Notes under the pieces: model-generated
What the model was told of the DNA's origin: nothing
Seen by the model: the letters and a program-made list of their open reading frames with translations, nothing else
Database searches by the model: none
Part shown: piece by piece, positions 1-7,213 of the stretch
Numbering within the stretch: the first letter of the stretch is position 1
Layout: every line of letters begins with the position of its first letter
Position numbers and translations under genes: made by a program
From: an uncultured Planctomycetia bacterium
Lineage (GTDB): Bacteria > Planctomycetota > UBA8108
NCBI GenBank assembly: GCA_964478085.1
Contig: CAYZGY010000002.1
Coordinates: 1 to 33,102 of the forward strand
Length of the DNA stretch: 33,102 nt
Direction: 5' to 3'

Positions 1-172
1 CGTCGTTCGTATCCGCCGCCGACGGACACTCCGGATCCGCGCCGCCGAGGAAGAGAAAGTCGAGCGTGAAACGCGCGTCCGAGATATCGACGAGCTCATC
101 CTGATTCGAGTCACCCCGAATGAACCCACCGAACGCGATAGGCGAGGCGAGCATGCACGCGAGAAGACACAT
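1..172 (-). CDS. Exported dockerin-like (Ca-binding GDxNxDxxxDxSDA...LFLGG repeat) protein, N-terminal part; gene continues beyond the left edge
   Basis: Hand translation of the minus strand; the ORF is open-ended, so it is absent from the ORF track. ATG at 172..170 gives MCLLACMLASPIAFGGFIRGDSNQDELVDISDARFTLDFLFLGGADPECPSAADTNDD... A hydrophobic signal-like start is followed by the same dockerin-type repeat that recurs at about 27700-27900 and 29170-29400. Third codon positions are G/C-rich. Confidence 0.5.
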   Translation of the reverse strand, partial: MCLLACMLASPIAFGGFIRGDSNQDELVDISDARFTLDFLFLGGADPECPSAADTND

Positions 173-232
173 GATCGACTTCGTCCAGCTCCCACGACAA
201 GAACTTCGCGAGCTCAGCATCTGCGCAACCCT

Positions 233-253
233 CTTTCGGCTTTCGGCTTTCGG
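233..253. repeat. Perfect tandem heptamer (CTTTCGG)x3
   Basis: Read directly: ctttcgg ctttcgg ctttcgg at 233-253. It lies in the 217-nt spacer between the start of the dockerin-like gene (172) and the end of the esterase remnant (390). Confidence 0.9.
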
Positions 254-389
254 CCATCGAAGCCAAATCGCGGTAGAGACCCCGAGCGGCCATCTTACGT
301 CTTGGATCACCGGGAGACGAGCGCGAAAGAGGGGAAGACGTCCGGTCCGTCGCGAGTTTTTTGCCGGTCAGACCCGAGCTACCCGTCGC

Positions 390-1092
390 TCACCGCCGCG
401 GCCAATCGAGATGCCGCTCGAGAAACTCGAACGTCTTCTCCCCGCGGATGCTGTGCCCGCCCTGGAAGAACGTGATGTCGGTGCGATCCGCCAGCCCGTA
501 CTGCGCGTAGAGCCAGCGCACCTTCGCGTACTCGTGGGCGACCCAACGGTCTCTTCCGACGCGATCGTGATGTCCACGCTCGACCATGAAGGGACGCGGA
601 AAGATGAGGTAGGCCATCTCGGCGTAGTCGAAGGTCTGGCCGAGATTCCAGTCTCGCGATGGGCTCACCCTTCGGCCGGGCGAGGAGGCCCTCGCCCCAG
701 ACTCCGACGAGGACGGGCCATCGGACTTGGTAGATCGAGTAATTGGCCGTTTCGGCGACGAGCGATGGATTCTGTTCGTCGCCGAAAAACTCGAAACGCG
801 AGGGCTACCGCGTGTCGACCGCGCCGATACGCTCGCGGAGGTCGCGCCGGTTGAGCGCGACGGATCGTTCGTACGCCTCGCGGGAGGAGAAGTCGTGGTT
901 CCAGTGGCGTGCGCGTTTCCCGTGAGCCTCGGAGATCATCCTCTCGGCAAAGAGGTGCGCGCCGTCCATGAGCCGCGGCGACAGATCGCCCTCGGGCCAA
1001 TCGAGAGCCTGTGTTCCGGGGAGGGAACCTTGCGCGAGCAGCGTGATCGGCTGGATCGAAAACAACACGAAGAGTCCACGAATGAGCACCAT
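390..1092 (-). pseudogene. Remnant of a secreted alpha/beta-fold esterase (acetyl-xylan-esterase / dienelactone-hydrolase-like): in-frame TAG plus loss of the catalytic core
   Basis: ORF 805..1092 encodes a signal peptide and N-terminus (MVLIRGLFVLFSIQPITLLAQG...RERIGAVDTR) and stops at TAG 805..807. The same frame reads on over 804..661 as PSRFEFFGDEQNPSLVAETANYSIYQVRWPVLVGVWGEGLLARPKGEP. The reading then jumps frame into ORF 390..668 (RDWNLGQTFDYAEMAYLIFPRPFMVERGHHDRVG...FFQGGHSIRGEKTFEFLERHL), which is a typical C-terminus of this esterase type. No GxSxG nucleophile region lies between the two parts. Confidence 0.6.
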
Positions 1093-1176
1093 CGAACAAA
1101 CGTCTCGAAGAGTTTCTCTGATCCGAGCTGTTACACTGTGACCTACCGGTCCCTCGCCGACAGTCTACCTGCATCC

Positions 1177-1716
1177 ATGCCCCCGGAGGCCATCATGATC
1201 GTACCGCGACCTTCGCTTTCTGCCGCGCTACTCGTCACGTGCAGCCTCGTGTTCCTTCGTGACACACATTCCGAAGGCGACAACCGCACCGGCCCGGCAC
1301 CGCGACCCGACGAGTCGCAAGAGCCGTTCGCGATGCACTCGAAGATGTCGACGCGTCCCGGCATCCGCGTCGGGCAGAGCGACGAGCTGCTTCGTCGCAA
1401 TCGCGTGCTGCGAAACGGCGCCGACGGAGTCTTCTTCCGCAACGAGACGCTCGGCATGGCCGCGCATCGCAATCGGATCGAAGAGAACATCATCGAGGAC
1501 AACGGCACGAAGGAGCCGTCGGCGGGCATCCGCGTTCGTGGGGAGACGCACGGTCTCATCTTCAAAGGCAATACGATTCGTGATACACGTAGCGGTGACT
1601 CGCAGACGCAGACGACGGGAGTCCTCATCGAGAAGAGCGTCGGCAGGGTGAAGCTCGAGAAGAACAAGATCGAGGCGAAGAAACCGATCGACGACCGTCG
1701 AGGCGCGAAGAACTGA
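1177..1716 (+). CDS. Small exported protein with right-handed parallel beta-helix repeats (possibly an N-terminally deleted version of a larger protein)
   Basis: In-frame ATGs at 1177 and 1195 precede a hydrophobic segment (IVPRPSLSAALLVTCSLVFL). The C-terminal part, GIRVGQSDELLRRNRVLRNGADGVFFRNETLGMAAHRNRIEENIIEDNGTKEPSAGIRVRGETHGLIFKGNTIRDTR...GVLIEKSVGRVKLEKNKIE, shows the periodic N/G-rich turns of PbH1 beta-helix repeats. The first 450 nt of track ORF 727..1716 is only the antisense shadow of the esterase remnant. Confidence 0.5.
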   Translation: MPPEAIMIVPRPSLSAALLVTCSLVFLRDTHSEGDNRTGPAPRPDESQEPFAMHSKMSTRPGIRVGQSDELLRRNRVLRNGADGVFFRNETLGMAAHRNRIEENIIEDNGTKEPSAGIRVRGETHGLIFKGNTIRDTRSGDSQTQTTGVLIEKSVGRVKLEKNKIEAKKPIDDRRGAKN

Positions 1717-1717
1717 C

Positions 1718-3367
1718 GTGAAAGAGATCGACTGGGCCATCGTCTTCGTCCTCAACGTCGGCGTGATCCTCCTCGGGCTCTGGCTCGCACGCGGGACTCG
1801 CTCGAGCGATCAGTGGTTCCTCGCGGGACGCGCGCTGCCGTGGTGGGCGGTCGGTCTTTCGATGTACGCGACGAACGTCGACAACGCCGACCTCGTCTCG
1901 ATCACGAGCACCTCGTATCGAGAGGGCCTTCATATCATGATGGTTCACTCCTTCGGCTCCGTGCTCGCGAGCACCTTCGTCGCGTTCTGGTTCATTCCGG
2001 TGATCTACCGAGCGGGGCTCTACACGAACGCGGAGTACCTCGAGGCGAGGTTCGGGCGAACGACGCGCATCCTGTCGGCGCTGATTCAAATCCAGTACCG
2101 CACGAGCATGCTCGGGCTGATGATCTGGTCGATCTTTCTCCTCTTGAACGGTTTCGTCGGGCTCTCGGCGACGCTTGCGTGGACGCTGATCGTGGTGCTC
2201 GCGACCTTCGCGGCGATCTACACGGCGTGGGGCGGTCTTCGATCGGTCGTCTTCACCGATGCCGCGCAGGCGATCATCATTCTCCTCGGTGTCGCGGCGA
2301 TCCTCTTTGCGGTGTGGAACGAGGCCGGGGGCTGGTCGGGAATGACCGAGAAGCTCACGGCGCTCGACAAGATGGAGCTCGACAACGGACTCCGGCCTTC
2401 GGATCTGCCGCGCATGGGGAGCTATCGCGGAGACGACGGCAGCGAATCCCCGCTCGTCATCGCGGTCGCGTGGCTCCTCGTCGCGGGAGGCTACTGGACG
2501 GTCAACCACACCCAGACGATGCGGCTCATGGGCGCGCGAAGTCTCTGGGACATCAAGATGGCGGCGCTCGCCGGTGCGACGATCAGCATGCCGATCATGT
2601 TCGCGTCGGCAAGTCTGGGAATCTTCGGACGCGCACTGCATCCCGAGTTCGAGGATCCCGACAAGCTCTATCCGCATCTCGCGCACGTGCTTCTCGACGA
2701 CGGTACGCGAGGCCTCGTCGTCGCTGGAATCATCGCGGCGGCGATCAGTACCTTCGATTCGATGGGCTCGGCGCTCTCGGCGGTCTTCACGCGAGACATC
2801 TACGGCTTGTTTCGGCCGAATCGTGACGATGCGCACTACGTGCGAGTCAGCCGCATCGCGACGGTCGTCATCCTCGCCCTCGGCTTCGCGTACCTGCCGT
2901 TCATTCGATCGAAGGGGTCGATGCTGACGGCCTTCCTCACGCTGATCCCGGTCTTCGTCACGCCGCTCTTCACGGTCTACCTCGTCGGAGTCTTTACGCG
3001 TGCGCCGAGGATCAGCGGAATTGTGGGTCTCCTTGTCGGAGCGGCGTACGGCGTCATCGCCCTGGTGGACCGCGAGGTCGCGGACCTCGGACTGCCGAAC
3101 GGTTTCACGGGGCGTTGGGCCGCGTATCCGTGGTCGTTCGCGTTTACGTTCGTGACGATGATCATCGTCACGTGCGTCCGCGGACGTGAAGATCGGCGCG
3201 ATCTTGCGCTGGCATCATCTACCTGGTCGAAGACGGACCACGACAGCTCGGCGCACCTTCTCGAACATCCCTTCCGCGAAGGCGTGCCGACCCATCTGCG
3301 GCCGGGCCCGATTGCCATCGCCGTGATCGCGGTGACGGCGTACCTCGTCTTCTGGGTTTTTTGGTAA
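1718..3367 (+). CDS. Sodium:solute symporter family (SSF) transporter
   Basis: 549-aa ORF. GTG 1718 lies one nt after the upstream TGA, which suggests coupling. There are about 13 hydrophobic segments. The N-terminal region WFLAGRALPWWAVGLSMYATNVDNADLV...NAEYLEARFG is typical of the SSF (PF00474). Confidence 0.85.
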   Translation: MKEIDWAIVFVLNVGVILLGLWLARGTRSSDQWFLAGRALPWWAVGLSMYATNVDNADLVSITSTSYREGLHIMMVHSFGSVLASTFVAFWFIPVIYRAGLYTNAEYLEARFGRTTRILSALIQIQYRTSMLGLMIWSIFLLLNGFVGLSATLAWTLIVVLATFAAIYTAWGGLRSVVFTDAAQAIIILLGVAAILFAVWNEAGGWSGMTEKLTALDKMELDNGLRPSDLPRMGSYRGDDGSESPLVIAVAWLLVAGGYWTVNHTQTMRLMGARSLWDIKMAALAGATISMPIMFASASLGIFGRALHPEFEDPDKLYPHLAHVLLDDGTRGLVVAGIIAAAISTFDSMGSALSAVFTRDIYGLFRPNRDDAHYVRVSRIATVVILALGFAYLPFIRSKGSMLTAFLTLIPVFVTPLFTVYLVGVFTRAPRISGIVGLLVGAAYGVIALVDREVADLGLPNGFTGRWAAYPWSFAFTFVTMIIVTCVRGREDRRDLALASSTWSKTDHDSSAHLLEHPFREGVPTHLRPGPIAIAVIAVTAYLVFWVFW

Positions 3368-3407
3368 GGAACTGACTCGAGAGAGAATCCATAGAGGAGA
3401 AGTCACG

Positions 3408-4286
3408 ATGGCGACATCCGATCGAGCGAAGTCGGAGCATCGATACTGGAAGCTCACGTGGCCCGAGATCGAGGACGCGGTCGAGCTCGGCAAGGTGTGC
3501 ATCGTTCCGTGCGGAGCGGTCGAACAGCACGGGCATCACTTGCCGCTCGACGTCGACATCCTCTGCTCGACCGAGGTAGCCCTCGGCGGCGCGAAGGCGC
3601 GCGCGGAGAAGGCTCTCGTCTTGCCGTCTGTGAACTACGGCTACACGGGTCACGTGATGGACTTCCCCGGGACGATCAACAACGACTTCGAGACGTTCAT
3701 GCGCCACGTCCTCGACGTCACGAGGTCGCTCGCGTACCACGGCTTCAAGAAAATCATCCTCCTCAACGGCCACGGCTCGAACATGCCGAATCTCAACCTC
3801 GTCGCAAGACGCACAAACCTCGAGACCGACGCGGAGTGCATGCTGACGGCGTGGTGGGAGCTGCTGGCGGTCGACAAAGACTTCATGCCGAGCTGGCGCG
3901 AGAGCAAGTACCCGGGAGGTTGTGCGCACGCGTGCGAGCTCGAGACGTCGATGTACCTCTACCTGGACGAGGAGAACGTGCGGAAGGACCTGATCAAAAA
4001 CGGCACCATCTCCTTCAACGAAGAGAACAGCGACTTCAACTACGTCGACCTCTTCGCGCAGGGACCCGGCACGGTCGTCAGCTGGACGAGCAGCTACTCG
4101 GAGAGCGGCGTGCTCGGGGAAGCGGAACTCGCGACGAAAGAGAAGGGCAAGCGCGCCTACGACGAAGCGGTCAAGCAGCTCGCTCGCCTCATCGACGAGT
4201 TCCACGGAAGACCGAAAGACGAGCGGAAGGACCGACACCGGACCCCGCCGACGATGCCGATGCCGTGGAGGCAACGGCCGATTTGA
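3408..4286 (+). CDS. Creatininase-family amidohydrolase
   Basis: 292 aa. GGAGAAG lies upstream of ATG 3408. Family motifs are present: CGAVEQHGHHLPLDVD, LLNGHGSN, CAHACELETS (PF02633 metal and catalytic residues). Confidence 0.85.
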   Translation: MATSDRAKSEHRYWKLTWPEIEDAVELGKVCIVPCGAVEQHGHHLPLDVDILCSTEVALGGAKARAEKALVLPSVNYGYTGHVMDFPGTINNDFETFMRHVLDVTRSLAYHGFKKIILLNGHGSNMPNLNLVARRTNLETDAECMLTAWWELLAVDKDFMPSWRESKYPGGCAHACELETSMYLYLDEENVRKDLIKNGTISFNEENSDFNYVDLFAQGPGTVVSWTSSYSESGVLGEAELATKEKGKRAYDEAVKQLARLIDEFHGRPKDERKDRHRTPPTMPMPWRQRPI

Positions 4287-4330
4287 GCGTGCACTCGCGC
4301 AAATCCGAAGCTGAACCAAGGAGAAGAACG

Positions 4331-5386
4331 ATGACGCAGCGTCGCCTCATTCTCTCGGTCCTCGCGTTCCTCGTGCTACCGGTCGTGAGCGCCGTCGGAC
4401 AAGACCGACCGCGAGATCCAGTCGACGAGGTTCCGAAACGCGACGTGAAGATCGACGGCGACATCTCGCTCCACGTTCTCGAGCTTGGCGAAGGTGATCC
4501 GGTCGTCTTCCTCCACGGAGCGACCAGTGACGCGTACTTCTGGACTTACCAAATACAAGCCTTCGCGAGAGCGGGTTTCCGAGCGATCTCGTACAGCCGC
4601 CGCTACAACCACCCGAATCAAAACAAGCCGCAGCCGAACCACTCCGCCGTCGTCGATGCCAAGGACCTCGCGAGCCTCCTCGACAAGCTCGAGATCAAGC
4701 AAGCGCATCTCGGCGGCCACTCGTACGGAGCCTACTCCTCCCTCCTCTTCGCGCTCGAGCATCCCGACCGCGTCAAAACCCTGACGCTCGCGGAGGCTCC
4801 GATCGTTCCCTGGCTCGAGAACATGAAGGGCGACAAGGAAACGAAGGACGCGGCCAAAGCGCACTAAGACAAGGTCTGGAACGGGCTCGTCAAACCCCTC
4901 CGCAAGGTCTTCGAGAAGGAAGAATCCGAGACGAGCGACAAAGCGCTTCGCGCCTTCTACGACGCAGTCGTCCGCCCGAACGCCATCGACCGCATGCCAC
5001 CCCACATCGTCGCCCGCTGCCGAAGAAACCTCCCCGAGCTCAAAGCGATCATGACCTCGAAGACGCCATACCCGAAGGTCGCGAAAAAGGCGGTGAGGAA
5101 ACTCGAGATCCCGACGCTCCTCCTCTGCGGCAGCCGAACGACAGGAACGGAGAGGTATTCGGACGTCGAGCTCGAAAGGCTGCTGCCCGATGAAACGTCG
5201 CGGCGCGTCAACATCGAAGACGCTTCGCACATCATGTGGGTCGAGCAGCCGAGGAGGTGTCGGGAGGCGGTGTCGGGAGGCGGTGTTGAGGCTACTGCGG
5301 AGCTCCGCAACCGCCTCGGAACAGCCCCTACTCCCCAACGAGCCGCAGCGCCGCCTCCTTCACCATCGGCCCCACCGCCGGACTGA
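4331..5386 (+). pseudogene. Secreted alpha/beta-fold hydrolase interrupted by an in-frame TAA (4865..4867) and carrying a 13-bp duplication near the 3' end
   Basis: AAGGAG lies before ATG 4331. Present: signal peptide MTQRRLILSVLAFLVLPVVSAVG, oxyanion region VVFLHGATSD and nucleophile elbow GGHSYG. After ...KDAAKAH comes TAA, then the same frame continues DKVWNGLVKPL...LEIPTLLLCGSRT...NIEDASHIMWVEQP (catalytic His region). The current 3' end overlaps the convergent gene by 59 nt. Confidence 0.65.
5256..5281 (+). repeat. Perfect 13-bp tandem duplication (GGTGTCGGGAGGC x2, degenerate third copy follows)
   Basis: Read directly: ggtgtcgggaggc at 5256-5268 and again at 5269-5281, followed by ggtgttgaggc. 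13 is not a multiple of 3, so one copy shifts the reading frame of the hydrolase tail. Confidence 0.9.
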
Positions 5387-7097
5387 CCGACATCCCCTCC
5401 TCGTACGCCCCCGCGCGGTAGTCGTAACCCGGGACCATGTACCCCAGCTCGTCGTTCACGAGCCCGACGATCATTCGCGGGTAGCCCTTCATCTTCTCGA
5501 GAATCTCGAACGAGATCTCCGGCAGTAGCTCTCCCGGGATCGTGACGATCTCCGCTTCGCCGATGCGCAGGTGGAACATCTCGCTGACGACACGGCCTCG
5601 GTAGTACGGTCGGCGGTTGCCGCTCATGCGTTGGAAGATGAGGAGCTTGGGGTTGGTGACGGGGACTTCGATGCGTTGGCGTTGAAGCTTGAAGTGGTCG
5701 GACTGCGAAGGGGCGGCCTGGGTGCGGATCGCGAGGAGCGCGTCGGCGAAGGCTTTGCCGGCGGCTTTTGCTTCGGCGTGCGTGCGCGCTTTCGTGTCTC
5801 CCGAGACCATGCCGCCCAGGGCTCCGTTGAGGAAGATCGCCTGCGCACCCGTCTCCTTTTTCCATCGCTCGCAGAGGTAGCCCGGGAAGTCCGCGCTGAT
5901 CTCTTTCGCGCCCTTCTCGAGTCCTTCGGGGTGACATGCGAAGTGGAGGAGAGTCGCGATCGGCTTGCCGCCCTTGCCTCTCGCTTCTACGAGGGCGATC
6001 TGTGGATCGACGATTCCCGGGTTTCTCGCGTTTCGCATCAGGCCGTGGACTCGCGCGCCCGTGAGGAGGAGCTCGTCCGAGGACACGGCGACCTCTTCGA
6101 CGTCCTCGAGCTTCGCGAGCGCTTCGGTGACGACCTTCTCGATCTGAGTCTGGATGTGCGCGACGTAGTCCTTCGGGTAGTAGCCGTAGATTCCAATCGT
6201 GTCCGGCGCCGCGTGATTGTGCGACATGCCGACGATGAGCGCGGTGAGCCCGACCTTCTTCTTGAGCTCGGCCTCGATCGGATCGAACTCGCTCTTGAGC
6301 ATGCCGAAGAGGTCCGCTCCCACGATCGCGACCTTCTGACCGTCACGCTCGAAGACGACACACCGCGCCTTCATCGCGTCGTGGATCGTGAACTCGTCCT
6401 TGAACCACTTCGGATCGGTGGGGGAGATGTCGATCTCCGCGGCGCCCGCCTTGAGATTCGGCTTCGGCGGATTCTTCGCGCGCAGCGTCGGGCCTTGACG
6501 AAGGTGCGAAAGATCGATCTCTCGACGACAACCGTCGTGCACACGCGAGTAGCCGTGCGGAAAGTACGCCGTGCCGATCGTGCGGTAATTCGGGTCGAGC
6601 GTGAAACGCACACCCTTCGAGCTGTAGTCGAGCAGGACCTGTCCGCCGGCGTGCGTGAGCTTGAGCTCGGGATCGCCGAGCTTCGCCCGGATCTTCGCCT
6701 CGGTCTCGTAACCATCCGGGACGCTGACGGCTTCGATCGTTCCGATATGTCCATCCTCGGGACTTCCGAGAAGATGGAACGAATCGAAAAGGCCACTCTC
6801 CTTCGCCCGTACTCGCTTCGCCGCAGGTCCGACGGGCTCGTAGAGGAGCTTCCACGCGTACCACTTCGCTCGGTGCACCGGCTTGCCGATCTTCTCGCGC
6901 ACCTCTTCCATCGACGTCAGTCCCGGGGAGATGCCACGATACGTCACCTGGCGCCTCGGCGCGCCCTTCGCCGGGCCGCCCTTGACCGCCTGGGCGCGGA
7001 GGTCGACATCGACGGCCAAAAGCGCGAGGATTACCGTTCCGATGAAAGCAGTCGGGAACGAGAGAGGGGAGGGAAACGATCTTCGAGTCGTCATCAC
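5328..7097 (-). CDS. Exported neutral/alkaline-ceramidase-N-terminal-domain-like hydrolase with an extra N-terminal domain
   Basis: 589 aa with a signal-like start (FPTAFIGTVILALLAVDVDLRAQA). The core KARCVVFERDGQKVAIVGADLFG...LIVGMSHNHAAPD...LLHFACHPE...IFLNGALGGM resembles the ceramidase_alk N-domain (PF04734). Stop is TAG. Confidence 0.6.
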   Translation of the reverse strand: MMTTRRSFPSPLSFPTAFIGTVILALLAVDVDLRAQAVKGGPAKGAPRRQVTYRGISPGLTSMEEVREKIGKPVHRAKWYAWKLLYEPVGPAAKRVRAKESGLFDSFHLLGSPEDGHIGTIEAVSVPDGYETEAKIRAKLGDPELKLTHAGGQVLLDYSSKGVRFTLDPNYRTIGTAYFPHGYSRVHDGCRREIDLSHLRQGPTLRAKNPPKPNLKAGAAEIDISPTDPKWFKDEFTIHDAMKARCVVFERDGQKVAIVGADLFGMLKSEFDPIEAELKKKVGLTALIVGMSHNHAAPDTIGIYGYYPKDYVAHIQTQIEKVVTEALAKLEDVEEVAVSSDELLLTGARVHGLMRNARNPGIVDPQIALVEARGKGGKPIATLLHFACHPEGLEKGAKEISADFPGYLCERWKKETGAQAIFLNGALGGMVSGDTKARTHAEAKAAGKAFADALLAIRTQAAPSQSDHFKLQRQRIEVPVTNPKLLIFQRMSGNRRPYYRGRVVSEMFHLRIGEAEIVTIPGELLPEISFEILEKMKGYPRMIVGLVNDELGYMVPGYDYRAGAYEEGMSVSPAVGPMVKEAALRLVGE

Positions 7098-7213
7098 TTT
7101 TCTTTTCCTGGAAACGTACGCACGTGATTCCTACATCGACATCGGTACGATCACGATCCGCGCTGAGATGTTAACCGACCCGAAGCCCCGCCGGCGAAAG
7201 AAGGCCTGAGAAC

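Noticed and set aside
1625-2836. 403-aa minus-strand ORF antisense to the symporter. The same class includes 3219..4319(-), 4376..5338(-), 5571..7127(+), 12452..13777(+), 13793..14755(+), 14891..16171(-), 17457..18383(+), 18525..19838(+) and 24461..26236(+).
   Set aside because: These are Arg/Asp/Glu/Pro-rich low-complexity translations with no recognisable motifs. Each lies exactly opposite a gene with strong family signatures. They are typical stop-poor shadow ORFs of high-GC DNA.
3458-4867. 469-aa plus-strand ORF spanning the creatininase gene and the hydrolase
   Set aside because: Only the last 178 codons (from ATG 4331, with SD and signal peptide) look like protein. The upstream part is an out-of-frame overlap of the creatininase gene.
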